DNA of 64,000 bases, taken from Allosphingosinicella sp. (GTDB lineage: Bacteria > Pseudomonadota > Alphaproteobacteria > Sphingomonadales > Sphingomonadaceae). Shown here one piece after another: positions 43,185 to 53,153 of this stretch. Position 1 is the stretch's first letter; each line of letters begins with the position of its first letter. The stretch spans positions 1,503-65,502 of the forward strand of contig NZ_DATCYB010000085.1 in assembly GCF_036570505.1 (NCBI RefSeq). The letters run 5' to 3'. The position numbers were made by a program, and so were the translations under genes. Under the pieces are notes generated by a model. The model was given only the letters and a program-made list of their open reading frames with translations. It had not been told where the DNA came from and ran no database searches.

Positions 43185-44864
43185 ATGGCCGCACAGTATA
43201 GTTTCGTCATGAAGGGCATGACCAAGTCCTTCCCGGGCGTGCCCAAGCCCATCCTCAACAACATCAACCTGCAATTCTATCCGGACGCCAAGATCGCGAT
43301 CATCGGCCCCAACGGCTCGGGCAAGTCAACGCTGATGAAGATCATGGCGGGGCAGGACAAGGAATTCTCCGGCGAGGCCTGGCCCGGCGAGGGCATTCGA
43401 GTCGGCTACCTGCCGCAGGAGCCGCATCTCGATTCGGGCAAGACGGTGAAGGAAAACGTGATGGACGGGGTGCGCCCCGTCGCCGACCTCGTCGACCGAT
43501 TCAACGAGATTTCGAATCTGATGGCCGACCCGCCCGAGGATGCCGATTTCGACGCGCTGATGACCGAGATGGGCGAGCTTCAGGAGAAGATCGACGCCGT
43601 CGATGGCTGGACGCTCGACAACCAGCTCGAGATCGCCATGGACGCGCTCCGCTGCCCGCCGGGCGAGGCCAACGTCGCCAACCTCTCGGGCGGCGAGAAG
43701 CGCCGCGTGGCGCTCTGCAAGCTGCTGCTGGAGAAGCCCGACATCCTTCTGCTCGACGAGCCTACCAACCATCTCGACGCCGAGAGCGTGCAGTGGCTGG
43801 AGAAGCACCTCGTCGATTATGCGGGCAACGTCATTCTCGTCACCCACGACCGCTACTTCCTAGACAATGTCGTGAACTGGGTGCTCGAGCTCGATCGCGG
43901 GCGCTACTACATCTACGAGAGCAATTATTCGGGCTACCTCGAAACCAAGGCGAAGCGTCTGGCGCAGGAAGAGCGCGAGGATGCCGGCAAGCAGAAGGCG
44001 ATCCAGGAAGAGCTGGAATGGATTCGCCGTTCGCCCAAGGCGCGCCAGACCAAGTCCAAGGCGCGAATCCGCGCGTTCGACGAGCTGGTCGAGGCGCAGG
44101 AGAACCGTTCGCCCGGCAAGGCTCAGATCCTCATACAGGTGCCCGAACGGCTCGGCGGCAACGTCATCGAGGCGAAGGGCGTTTCGAAGGCCTATGGCGA
44201 CAAGCTCCTGTTCGAGGACCTGTCCTTTAACCTGCCCCCCGGCGGCATCGTCGGCGTGATCGGCCCCAACGGCGCCGGCAAGACGACGTTGTTCCGCATG
44301 ATCACCGGCCAGGAGCAGCCCGACGGCGGCGAGATCAAGATCGGCCCGACAGTGCACCTCGGCTATGTCGACCAGAGCCGCGACGCCCTCACATCGAACA
44401 ATAACGTCTGGGAAGAAATCTCTGGCGGGCATGATATTTTTCGATTCGGAAAGCACGAGGTCGCGACCCGCGCCTATGTCGGCGCCTTTAACTTCAAGGG
44501 CCCCGACCAGCAGAAGAAGGTCGGCCAGCTCTCGGGCGGCGAGCGCAACCGCGTCCACATGGCGAAGATGCTGAAGGAGGGCGGCAACGTCCTACTATTG
44601 GACGAGCCGACCAACGACCTCGACGTCGAGACGCTGCGTGCGCTCGAAGAGGCGCTGGAGAATTTCGCCGGCTGTGCCGTGGTGATCAGCCACGACCGCT
44701 TCTTCCTCGACCGTCTCGCCACCCATATCCTCGCCTTCGAGGGCGACAGCCATGTCGAATGGTTCGAAGGCAATTTCGAGGCCTATGAGGAAGACAAGAG
44801 GCGGCGGCTCGGCGACGAGGCCGATCGCCCGCACCGGATGACCTACAAGAAGCTGACGCGGTAG
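43185..44864 (+). CDS. ettA: energy-dependent translational throttle ABC-F ATPase EttA
   Basis: Two ABC cassettes (GPNGSGKST / GPNGAGKTT, LSGGEKRR / LSGGERNR) with an inter-domain linker. 559 aa, no TM domain. Confidence 0.95.
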   Translation: MAAQYSFVMKGMTKSFPGVPKPILNNINLQFYPDAKIAIIGPNGSGKSTLMKIMAGQDKEFSGEAWPGEGIRVGYLPQEPHLDSGKTVKENVMDGVRPVADLVDRFNEISNLMADPPEDADFDALMTEMGELQEKIDAVDGWTLDNQLEIAMDALRCPPGEANVANLSGGEKRRVALCKLLLEKPDILLLDEPTNHLDAESVQWLEKHLVDYAGNVILVTHDRYFLDNVVNWVLELDRGRYYIYESNYSGYLETKAKRLAQEEREDAGKQKAIQEELEWIRRSPKARQTKSKARIRAFDELVEAQENRSPGKAQILIQVPERLGGNVIEAKGVSKAYGDKLLFEDLSFNLPPGGIVGVIGPNGAGKTTLFRMITGQEQPDGGEIKIGPTVHLGYVDQSRDALTSNNNVWEEISGGHDIFRFGKHEVATRAYVGAFNFKGPDQQKKVGQLSGGERNRVHMAKMLKEGGNVLLLDEPTNDLDVETLRALEEALENFAGCAVVISHDRFFLDRLATHILAFEGDSHVEWFEGNFEAYEEDKRRRLGDEADRPHRMTYKKLTR

Positions 44865-44960
44865 GAACCCGCCCTGGCTCGATCGGTTGATTTGGCGATG
44901 GCGGTTCCTTGACGGGCATGGCCTTCCCGGTGCACCCGTCCCGAAACGCTTGAGAATGAG

Positions 44961-45203
44961 GTGAGCATCGTGTTGTCCAAAGTCCCGGCCCTGCTGGCCG
45001 CCGCTGCCCTGGCCGTTCAGGCCGTCCCGGCCCTCGCCCAGGCGGAAACGACGCCCACGCCCACCGCCCAGGCGCGCCTGATCGGCGACCAGTCCTTCTT
45101 CCGTTCGGACCTGCTCATCATGCTCGGCGCGATCGCCGTCGCCGGTCTGATCAATGTCGTCCTGATCATGTCGGACGACGACGAGGAGCCGGTCAGTCCG
45201 TGA
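44961..45203 (+). CDS. small hypothetical exported/membrane protein
   Basis: 80 aa, GTG start, signal-like LLAAAALAVQAVPALAQA, one TM segment, acidic tail DDDEEPVSP. Confidence 0.4.
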   Translation: MSIVLSKVPALLAAAALAVQAVPALAQAETTPTPTAQARLIGDQSFFRSDLLIMLGAIAVAGLINVVLIMSDDDEEPVSP

Positions 45204-45212
45204 CGACCGGCG

Positions 45213-45923
45213 CTATCGCACGCGCTTGATGTAGACGGCGCCGCCTTCGCGCTTTTCCGTGACGAAATTGGGCACCGCCTCGATCAGCTCCGACAGGCGC
45301 GCATAGCCGTAATTGCGGGTGTCGAACGACGAGCGGTTGCCGGCGCGCTGGCCGACGGCGCGGATGCTGGCGAAGCCGCGTTCGTCCCGCTTTACCGCAT
45401 TGTAGGCATCGACGAGGAGGTCGAGCAGTTCCTGGTCCACCGCCTTCTTAGCCTCGTCGGGGCCGGCCTTACCCGTCTCTACCAGGGCCCCGACGTCGAT
45501 GAAGCGGGTGCAGGCCTGGCGGAAGGATTCGGGCGTCTTGGCGGTGCCGAAGCCGTAGACCGGAAGGCCGTCCTGGCGAATGCGCATGGCGAGCGGCATG
45601 AAATCGCTGTCGCTCGACATGATGCCGAAACCGTCGACCTGGCCGCGATAGAGCAGGTCCATCGCGTCGATGATCATCTTCATGTCGGTGGCGCTCTTGC
45701 CCTTGGTGATGTCGAACTGCTGCTGCGGCTCGATCGCGTGGCGGTGTGCGATCCCGCTCCAGCCCTTGAGCGCCGGTTTCTGCCAGTTGCCGTAGGCACG
45801 GCGGATGTTGACTGTGCCGAGCTCCGCCAGGACGGTCAAAACCGGGTCGAGCGAATCGGGCGACGCGTTGTCGGCGTCTATCAGGAGCGCGATGTTGGCG
45901 GTGGGGGCGGGTTCGCTGGCCAT
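45213..45923 (-). CDS. NYN (LabA-like) nuclease domain protein with C-terminal OST-HTH/LOTUS domain
   Basis: IALLIDADNASPDSL...NIRRAYGNW...FGIMSSDSDFMPLAMRIRQDGLPVYGFG (NYN). C-terminal GFASIRAVGQRAG..SFDTRNYGYARLSELIEA (LOTUS-like). Confidence 0.85.
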   Translation of the reverse strand: MASEPAPTANIALLIDADNASPDSLDPVLTVLAELGTVNIRRAYGNWQKPALKGWSGIAHRHAIEPQQQFDITKGKSATDMKMIIDAMDLLYRGQVDGFGIMSSDSDFMPLAMRIRQDGLPVYGFGTAKTPESFRQACTRFIDVGALVETGKAGPDEAKKAVDQELLDLLVDAYNAVKRDERGFASIRAVGQRAGNRSSFDTRNYGYARLSELIEAVPNFVTEKREGGAVYIKRVR

Positions 45924-45947
45924 GTGAACGGTCTCCCTTGAAAAAGG

Positions 45948-46610
45948 TCAGGCGGGCGCGAAGGCGCCGGTCGCCTGGTCGAGCAAGTGAAGCTCGCCGC
46001 TGGCGATGGCGAACCAAGCGCCGTGGAGGGTGAGGCGGCCCGCCGCCTCGCGTTCCCGGATGCAGGGGAACGTGCGCAGGTTGGCGAGGCTGACCTTCAC
46101 CGTTTCATGCTCCATGGCGCGCAGCGCCGGCCGCTCATTGGCTTCGCCATGTTCGGCGACGACCCGCTCGCGGGCTTCATCGAGCAAGTCGATCCAATGG
46201 GCGATGAAGCCGCCTTCGCCCGGCCGCGCCCCCTTGAAGGACTGGGTCAGCGCCGCATGACAGCCACCGCAGCGGCCATGGCCCATCACGACGATCTGCT
46301 CCACCTCAAGGATCGTGACGGCGAATTCCAGCGCGGCCGAAACGCCATGGCGGCCGCCGCCGAGCTCCAGCGGCGGCACGAGGTTGGCGACGTTGCGAAC
46401 CGTGAATATCTCGCCGGGTGCGGTGTCGAAGATGGTGGCGGGATCGGCCCGGCTGTCGGAGCAGGCGATCACCATCACCCTGGGACTTTGTCCCTCGGCG
46501 AGATCGGTCCAGCGCTCGCGTTCATGTTTCCAGCCCGTCTCCCGAAAGCGGCGATAGCCGGTGAGGAGGGCATCGGGAAAATGGGCCACGCTCGGTCTCC
46601 GAAACTGCAT
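45948..46610 (-). CDS. beta-class carbonic anhydrase
   Basis: [40 protein letters not shown]. The start (46610 or 46631) is uncertain. Confidence 0.9.
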   Translation of the reverse strand: MQFRRPSVAHFPDALLTGYRRFRETGWKHERERWTDLAEGQSPRVMVIACSDSRADPATIFDTAPGEIFTVRNVANLVPPLELGGGRHGVSAALEFAVTILEVEQIVVMGHGRCGGCHAALTQSFKGARPGEGGFIAHWIDLLDEARERVVAEHGEANERPALRAMEHETVKVSLANLRTFPCIREREAAGRLTLHGAWFAIASGELHLLDQATGAFAPA

Positions 46611-46677
46611 TCGCCTGTCGCCTAAACGCAAGCGGGGAGGGGTGGCAAGTCGCGCGCGACATCGCTATCTGGCGCCC

Positions 46678-47598
46678 ATGACCGAAGCCCTCGCCCCGAT
46701 CACGGCGCCCAAGCAGCGCAAGCCCGACTGGATCCGCGTGAAGGCGCCGACCAGCACCGGCTTTGCGGAGACGAAGAAGCTGATGCGGCGTCTCAATCTC
46801 GCCACGGTGTGCGAGGAGGCGGCCTGCCCCAATATCGGCGAGTGCTGGACCAAGAAGCACGCCACGGTGATGATCCTCGGCGACACCTGCACGCGCGCCT
46901 GCGCCTTCTGCAACGTCAAGACGGGCATGCCGCGTCCGGTCGACCCGCTGGAGCCGGAGCATGTCGCGGTAGCGGCGGCCGAGCTGGGGCTTGAGCATAT
47001 CGTCGTGACGTCCGTGGACCGGGACGATCTTGCCGATGGCGGCGCGAGTCAGTTCGTGAAGGTCATCCAGGCGCTGAGGCGCAACACGCCTTCCACCACG
47101 ATCGAGATTCTGACTCCGGATTTCCGCAACAAGGCGGACGCGGCGGTCGAGGCGATCATCGAGGCGGCGCCCGACGTCTACAACCATAATCTGGAGACGG
47201 TGCCGCGGCTCTATCCCACGATCCGGCCGGGCGCGCGTTATTATGCTTCGCTGCGCCTGCTGGAGAGCGTGAAGCGGCATGATCCCCGCATCTTCACCAA
47301 GTCCGGAATCATGGTGGGCCTCGGCGAGGAGCGTCTGGAGGTCCATCAGGTAATGGACGACATGCGTTCGGCCGACATCGATTTCCTCACCATGGGCCAG
47401 TATCTCCAGCCGACGCCGCGGCACGCCAAGGTGGCCGAGTTCGTGACGCCACAAACCTTCAACGCCTATGCGGCGATTGCCAGGGCGAAGGGTTTCCTGC
47501 TGGTCGCGGCGAGCCCGCTCACCCGATCCAGTTACCATGCCGGCGACGATTTCCAGAAGATGCGCGCGGCGCGCGAGGCACGGTTGGCGAAGGCCTAG
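46678..47598 (+). CDS. lipA: lipoyl synthase
   Basis: [12 protein letters not shown] and radical-SAM CTRACAFC clusters. GIMVGLGE...QYLQPT. Confidence 0.95.
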   Translation: MTEALAPITAPKQRKPDWIRVKAPTSTGFAETKKLMRRLNLATVCEEAACPNIGECWTKKHATVMILGDTCTRACAFCNVKTGMPRPVDPLEPEHVAVAAAELGLEHIVVTSVDRDDLADGGASQFVKVIQALRRNTPSTTIEILTPDFRNKADAAVEAIIEAAPDVYNHNLETVPRLYPTIRPGARYYASLRLLESVKRHDPRIFTKSGIMVGLGEERLEVHQVMDDMRSADIDFLTMGQYLQPTPRHAKVAEFVTPQTFNAYAAIARAKGFLLVAASPLTRSSYHAGDDFQKMRAAREARLAKA

Positions 47599-47599
47599 A

Positions 47600-48082
47600 A
47601 TGCCGAGGCACAGCGAGAAGCGGAATCTTCCCTACAGCCCCGAGGAGATGTTCGACCTCGTGGCCGACGTGGGCCGCTATCAGGAATTCCTTCCCTGGGT
47701 CGCGGCGGTGCGCATTAGGTCCAATAGCGAGACGCTGATGGTGGCCGATCTCGTCGTCGGCTTCCGGTCGCTGAAGGAAACCTTCACATCGCGGGTCGAG
47801 AAGCGGCAGCCCAAACACATTACGGTCGATTATGTCGAAGGCCCCCTCAAATATCTGAAGAACGACTGGGAGTTCATCCCCGACGGCAAGGGCGGCACCG
47901 ACATCGATTTCTGCGTCGATTTCGCCTTCAGATCGCGCATTTTCGAGGCACTGGCGGGCCAGATGTTCGACCGCGCGCTTCGTCGGATGATCACGGCGTT
48001 CGAGGAACGCGCGCATGCGCTTTACGGCGAGCCTTCTTCCTCAACCGGCATGAGCAGCTCGAGGGCGCAAAGCGCCGCCTGA
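47600..48082 (+). CDS. SRPBCC/COQ10-RatA family protein
   Basis: MPRHSEKRNLPYSPEEMFDLVADVGRYQEFLPW...LKNDWEF. The ATG lies 1 nt after the lipA TAG. The 3' tail overlaps the cinA 3' end by 61 nt. Confidence 0.85.
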   Translation: MPRHSEKRNLPYSPEEMFDLVADVGRYQEFLPWVAAVRIRSNSETLMVADLVVGFRSLKETFTSRVEKRQPKHITVDYVEGPLKYLKNDWEFIPDGKGGTDIDFCVDFAFRSRIFEALAGQMFDRALRRMITAFEERAHALYGEPSSSTGMSSSRAQSAA

Positions 48083-48591
48083 AGTCGGACACCGCCGCGG
48101 CCGAGATCCCCGAATTCCTTGAGGTCGGCGACGATCTCCTTGGGATTCGCGCCTCGCCGCGCTCTCGCGAACACCACGGTTCCCACCGGCTTCTTGTCGC
48201 TGCCGCCCTGGGGACCGGCGATGCCGGTGATGGCGACCGCCGTATCGGCATCGGAATGCTCCAGTGCGCCCTGTGCCATCGCCCACGCGACCGCGATCGA
48301 CACCGCGCCGAACGTTTCCAGCACGTCGAGGCTGACATCCAGCATCGCCATCTTCGCTTCGTCCGAATAGGTGACGAAGCCAGCCTCGAAAACGTCGGAC
48401 GAACCCGGGATTTCGGTGAGCGCCGCCGTCACCAACCCGCCGGTGCAGCTCTCCGCGACGACGATCTTTTTGCCCCGCGCGCGATTGGCCTCGATCACCT
48501 TGCGGGCGGGATCGACCAGCTCGTTCGGGAGAGTGAATTCGCGGACGGATTGACGCGCGGTGTCCGGTTGATCGGTGGGTGATGGATTCAT
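48022..48591 (-). CDS. CinA-family nicotinamide-nucleotide amidohydrolase (PncC-type domain)
   Basis: VAESCTGGLVTAALTEIPGSSDVFEAGFVTYSDEAK...AITGIAGPQGG. Confidence 0.85.
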   Translation of the reverse strand: MNPSPTDQPDTARQSVREFTLPNELVDPARKVIEANRARGKKIVVAESCTGGLVTAALTEIPGSSDVFEAGFVTYSDEAKMAMLDVSLDVLETFGAVSIAVAWAMAQGALEHSDADTAVAITGIAGPQGGSDKKPVGTVVFARARRGANPKEIVADLKEFGDLGRGGVRLQAALCALELLMPVEEEGSP

Positions 48592-49754
48592 GAGTCCTCC
48601 GGAACTCGAACAGTAGCGACGGCCTGTGCCGCCATGCCTTCGCCGCGTCCGGTGAAGCCCAATTGCTCGGTCGTCGTCGCCTTGATGCTAACCCTCGACA
48701 AGGGGAGCCGCAACAAGTCCGCGACGGATTGCCGCATCGCGTCCCGATGTGGGCCGATCCTAGGCGCCTCGCAGATGATGGTCATGTCGACATGGTCGAT
48801 GCGGCCGCCGCGCTCTTCGATCAGCGCGCGTGCATGCTCCGCAAAGCGCGAGGAGGGGGCGCCGCGCCATTGCGGATCGCTGGGCGGGAAATGGTCGCCG
48901 ATATCGCCTTCGCCGATCGCGCCGAGCAGGGCATCGGTGAGGGCATGGAGGACCACATCGGCGTCGCTATGCCCGGAAAGGCCTTTGTCGTGCGGGATCA
49001 ACAGTCCGCCCAGCCAGAGCTCCTCGCCCTCGGCGAAACGGTGGACGTCGAAGCCTAGCCCCGTGCGGCTTACCAGAGCGGCGGAGAGACGTTGCTCGGC
49101 TCGCATGAAATCCTCTTCATAGGTCAGCTTTTCCAGGCTTTGACTGCCGATGACCGTCGCCACCTGAAATCCCGCCTCTCGCGCCACTTGCGCATCGTCC
49201 GTAGCATCCGCCGGCGCCTCCCGCCGCCGGTGCGCTTCGAGGATGGCGTCGAAACGGAAGGCCTGCGGCGTCTGCACCCGTATCAGGCCATTCCGGGACA
49301 CTTGAGCGCCCAGTGCGCCGTTTCCTTCGGCCAGACTGTCCACCACCGGCAGAACCGGCACCGCTCCGTCGGCGGCGTCCAGCGCCTCGATAAGCCGCTC
49401 GATGACGTCGGGTGGGAGGAACGGACGAGCGGCGTCGTGGATGAGTACCGCACCGACACCGCCCTTTGCGGCAAGCGCCTCAAGCCCGTTGCGCACCGAC
49501 TGCTGGCGCGTCGCGCCGCCGACTGTCGGGGAGGGGAGGGAGCGATGTCCCACAGCGTGGTGGAAAAGCCCCTCCTGGCCCTCGCCGATCACGATCTGGA
49601 TGATATCTATGCGGTCGTGCTTCAGATGGTCGATCGTATGAGCGAGCAGGGGCCTTCCGCCGATTTGGCGATACTGCTTCGGCATCCCGCCGCCGGCGCG
49701 GCTGCCGCTCCCCGCCGCCACGACCAATGCGACGATCTTGCCCTTTATCCCCAT
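48588..49754 (-). CDS. ispDF: bifunctional 2-C-methyl-D-erythritol 4-phosphate cytidylyltransferase / MEcPP synthase IspDF
   Basis: N-terminal IspD (VVAAGSGSRAGGGMPKQY) fused to IspF (GLGFDVHRF...GHSDADVVLHALTDALLGA). Confidence 0.95.
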   Translation of the reverse strand: MGIKGKIVALVVAAGSGSRAGGGMPKQYRQIGGRPLLAHTIDHLKHDRIDIIQIVIGEGQEGLFHHAVGHRSLPSPTVGGATRQQSVRNGLEALAAKGGVGAVLIHDAARPFLPPDVIERLIEALDAADGAVPVLPVVDSLAEGNGALGAQVSRNGLIRVQTPQAFRFDAILEAHRRREAPADATDDAQVAREAGFQVATVIGSQSLEKLTYEEDFMRAEQRLSAALVSRTGLGFDVHRFAEGEELWLGGLLIPHDKGLSGHSDADVVLHALTDALLGAIGEGDIGDHFPPSDPQWRGAPSSRFAEHARALIEERGGRIDHVDMTIICEAPRIGPHRDAMRQSVADLLRLPLSRVSIKATTTEQLGFTGRGEGMAAQAVATVRVPEDS

Positions 49755-49821
49755 GGCCGCCCCCTAGCCCAGCGAAACCTTGCCCGCCAGCGCCTTTGAG
49801 TTTAAGGGCTTGGCGCTTCCC

Positions 49822-50820
49822 ATGCCTCGCCTCGCCCCCATCTCCATCGGTCCTGTCCGTATCGATGCGCCGGTCATTCTGGCGCCGATGACGGGCGTCA
49901 CCGACCGGCCGTTCCGGCGGATCGTCAAGCGCTACGGCGCGGGGCTGACCGTGACCGAGATGATCGCAAGCCAGGCGATGATCCGCGAGACCCGCCAGTC
50001 GCTGCAGAAGGCGGCCTGGGACCCGATCGAGGATCCGGTGTCGATGCAGCTCGCCGGCTGCACGCCGCACGAGATGGCGGAGGCCGCGAAGCTCAACGAG
50101 GATCGCGGCGCCGCGATCATCGACATCAACATGGGCTGCCCGGTGAAGAAGGTGGTGAACGGCGACGCCGGCTCCGCCCTGATGCGCGACCTGCCGCTTG
50201 CCGCGTCGATCATCGAAGCGACGGTGAAGGCGGTCTCGGTCCCCGTCACGCTCAAGATGCGCATGGGCTGGGATCATGGCAGCCTCAACGCGCCGGAACT
50301 GGCGCGGATCGCCGAGGACCTCGGCGTCAGGATGATCACCGTCCATGGCCGCACCCGCTGCCAGCTCTACAGGGGCGAGGCCGACTGGCGCTTCATCCGC
50401 GACGTGAAGGACGCCGTCTCGCTGCCGGTGATCGCCAATGGCGACATCAATTCGATCGACGATGTCGAAACCGCGCTCGACCAGTCCGGGGGCGGCGGCG
50501 TGATGATCGGACGCGGCGCTTACGGAAAGCCCTGGCTGCTCGGCCAGGTCATGCATTGGCTGAAGACCGGCGAACGGCTGCCGGACCCCAGCATGGATGA
50601 ACAATATTGCGTGATCATCGAGCAATATGAGGCGATGCTGGATCATTATGGTCCGGAGATCGGCGCCAATTGCGCGAGGAAGCATATCGGCTGGTACACG
50701 CGCGGCCTGCACGGCTCGGCCGAGTTCCGTAACGCCTTCAACAAGGAGCCCGATCCAAGGCAGGCCATGGCGATGCTCCGCGACTTCTATTCGCCCTGGA
50801 TGACGAGGGCCGCCGCCTGA
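49822..50820 (+). CDS. dusB: tRNA-dihydrouridine synthase DusB (NifR3 family)
   Basis: VILAPMTGVTDRPFRR, DINMGCPVKKV, TVHGRTR. Start chosen at MPRLAPISIG. Confidence 0.9.
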   Translation: MPRLAPISIGPVRIDAPVILAPMTGVTDRPFRRIVKRYGAGLTVTEMIASQAMIRETRQSLQKAAWDPIEDPVSMQLAGCTPHEMAEAAKLNEDRGAAIIDINMGCPVKKVVNGDAGSALMRDLPLAASIIEATVKAVSVPVTLKMRMGWDHGSLNAPELARIAEDLGVRMITVHGRTRCQLYRGEADWRFIRDVKDAVSLPVIANGDINSIDDVETALDQSGGGGVMIGRGAYGKPWLLGQVMHWLKTGERLPDPSMDEQYCVIIEQYEAMLDHYGPEIGANCARKHIGWYTRGLHGSAEFRNAFNKEPDPRQAMAMLRDFYSPWMTRAAA

Positions 50821-50899
50821 GCCGAAAGCCCCGTCCGGCACGCCGAGCCGAGACTGAAACTGTGTTCTTTATGCCACTATCTTGTGGTAGAGCCGCCAC

Positions 50900-53149
50900 G
50901 TGAACGCCGAAGTGTCGATTACCTCTGAACCCCGGCCGCGCTGGCGGCGACGTCTATCGGTGGCTCTGCGCCGCAGCCGCTTTATCACCCTGCTGGAGAT
51001 CATGAGCGTGGTGGCCTTGGTCGCCATGATCACGATCAGCTATTTCATCATTACCGAGCAGGGGTCGCCGCAGTCTCTGCTGACGCCGCCGACGGTAGCG
51101 ATGCTGCTGGTCGCCAATCTCGTCCCGGCCATGGCGCTGATGGTGCTGGCGGCCCGGCGAGTCGCGATGGGCCGGGCGGCCCGGTCGCCGGTCGGCGGGC
51201 GAGGGCGCCTCCATGTCCGGCTCGTCGCGCTCTTCTCTGTCATAGCGAGCGTTCCGACGCTGCTCGTCGTGATTTTCGCGTCGCTGCTATTCCAGCAGGG
51301 CGTCCAGTTCTGGTTCTCCGACCGGGCACGGACGATCCTCGAGAATGCCGATACGGTGTCGCAGATCTACGCCGAGGAGAACAAGGAGCGCATCAACCGC
51401 GATATCGTCGCCATGGCCGGCGACATTATAGGCTATGTCAACGAATTCGACATCGAGAGCCCCGAATTCGCCGACCGCTTCTTCTATCAGGTCGTGGCGC
51501 GCGACCTCACCGAGGCGGCGATCATCAACGTAAGCCAGAATAGCGGCCTTCAGATGATCGCCGGCGTCAACCTGGACGATCGTCCCCTGGATAAGCGGTT
51601 TCCGGCGGCTGTACTCACCCAGCTGCGGGGCGGCGAAACCCGGGTCATCACCGATGCCGGCGACCGAGTGGAGGCGGTGCTGCGCCTCGATCCCGAGGAA
51701 GAGGTCTATCTCTATACGTCGCGCAAGGTGAATCCGGCCGCAATCCAGCAGATCGAGGAAGCCCGGAGCGCCGCCAGCGATTATCAGAAGACGCTGCTCA
51801 CGAGCCGCACGCTTCAGTTCCGGTTCAACGCGGTGCTGCTGCTCGTTTCGCTGTTGATCGTCGCCCTTTCCATCTGGATTGCACTCACCCTGGCGGACAG
51901 GCTGGTGCGTCCGGTCGGGCAACTGGTCAACGCGGCGCGGCGGGTGACGGCGGGCGACCTTTCGGCGCGTGTGCCGACCTCCAAGGTAAACGATGAAGTG
52001 TCGACGCTGGGCAATGCCTTCAACCGGATGACGGAACGCCTCGAAGAGCAGACGGGGGCATTGGTTTCGGCCAACAACCAGCTCGAGAACCGCCGCGCCT
52101 TCATCGAGGCCGTGCTGTCGGGTGTGACGGCGGGCATCATCTCGGTCGACAGCAATCGCGAGGTACGTCTCATCAACAGCTCCGCCGAAGCGTTGCTGAA
52201 GACCGGTGACAAGAGTGCAATCGGCCAGAAGCTGGCCATCCTGGCGCCGGAGCTCGACAAGCAGCTCGACAGCGACGAGCGCGAGGACATCATCCAATTC
52301 GCGTCGGGCGGTGAGCCGCGGACCCTGGCTGTGAAGCGGGTAAAGGTGGAGGGCGGCCACGTCCTGACCTTCGACGACATTACCGAGCAGCTACTGGACC
52401 AGCGCCGCGCCGCCTGGTCCGATGTCGCTCGGCGTATCGCCCATGAAATCAAGAACCCGCTGACGCCGATCCAGCTCGCCGCCGAACGGCTGCAACGGCG
52501 CTATGGCGGTGAGGTCACATCCGATGCGTCGACCTTCGAGCGGCTGACCGGCACGATCGTGCGCCAGGTCGGTGACCTTCGGCGCATGGTCGACGAATTT
52601 TCCTCCTTCGCGCGCATGCCCAAGCCCGTGTTCCGCGATGAAGCCGTTGTCGAAATCGCCCGGCAGGCGCTGTTCCTGCACGAAGTCGCTCATCCGGAGA
52701 TCAACTTCACCCTCGACGCGCCGGAGCCATCGCCGATCCTGACCTGCGACCGGCGGCAGCTGGGGCAGGCGCTCACCAATATCGTGAAGAACGGAGTCGA
52801 GGCGATCCAGCAGAAGCTTGAGGAAGGCGGAACTGGCGAGCGCGACCGGATCGCCATGAGGATCAGCGAGACAAATGGGCAGGTCGGCATCGAGATCAGC
52901 GATACAGGCGTCGGCTTACCGGCCGACCGGGGACGACTGACCGAGCCCTATATGACGACGAGGACAAAGGGCACCGGCCTGGGGCTCGCGATCGTCAAGA
53001 AGATCGTCGAGGAGCAATTCGGGTCGATCGAGTTCGAGGACAGACGGGAGGGGGGCTCGCTCGTCCGGCTCGTTTTCGACGCCGAGACGCTCGCCCGCCT
53101 GGGCGGAGGGGGCAGCATTCATCCTGAAGACACTGCAATGAACGGTTGA
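50900..53149 (+). CDS. ntrY: sensor histidine kinase NtrY
   Basis: N-terminal TM helices, HAMP, PAS, H-box ARRIAHEIKNPLTPIQL, N-box NIVKNGVEA, G-boxes DTGVGL and GTGLGLAIV. Position upstream of ntrX-hfq. Confidence 0.9.
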   Translation: MNAEVSITSEPRPRWRRRLSVALRRSRFITLLEIMSVVALVAMITISYFIITEQGSPQSLLTPPTVAMLLVANLVPAMALMVLAARRVAMGRAARSPVGGRGRLHVRLVALFSVIASVPTLLVVIFASLLFQQGVQFWFSDRARTILENADTVSQIYAEENKERINRDIVAMAGDIIGYVNEFDIESPEFADRFFYQVVARDLTEAAIINVSQNSGLQMIAGVNLDDRPLDKRFPAAVLTQLRGGETRVITDAGDRVEAVLRLDPEEEVYLYTSRKVNPAAIQQIEEARSAASDYQKTLLTSRTLQFRFNAVLLLVSLLIVALSIWIALTLADRLVRPVGQLVNAARRVTAGDLSARVPTSKVNDEVSTLGNAFNRMTERLEEQTGALVSANNQLENRRAFIEAVLSGVTAGIISVDSNREVRLINSSAEALLKTGDKSAIGQKLAILAPELDKQLDSDEREDIIQFASGGEPRTLAVKRVKVEGGHVLTFDDITEQLLDQRRAAWSDVARRIAHEIKNPLTPIQLAAERLQRRYGGEVTSDASTFERLTGTIVRQVGDLRRMVDEFSSFARMPKPVFRDEAVVEIARQALFLHEVAHPEINFTLDAPEPSPILTCDRRQLGQALTNIVKNGVEAIQQKLEEGGTGERDRIAMRISETNGQVGIEISDTGVGLPADRGRLTEPYMTTRTKGTGLGLAIVKKIVEEQFGSIEFEDRREGGSLVRLVFDAETLARLGGGGSIHPEDTAMNG

Positions 53150-53153
53150 GCAC

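Noticed and set aside
46626-46650. GCAAGCGGGGAGGGGTGGC resembling half of the DUF559-associated palindromic repeat
   Set aside because: Only one arm is present, with an extra G, and there is no partner arm or tail. This is too short to separate from chance in a GC-rich genome.
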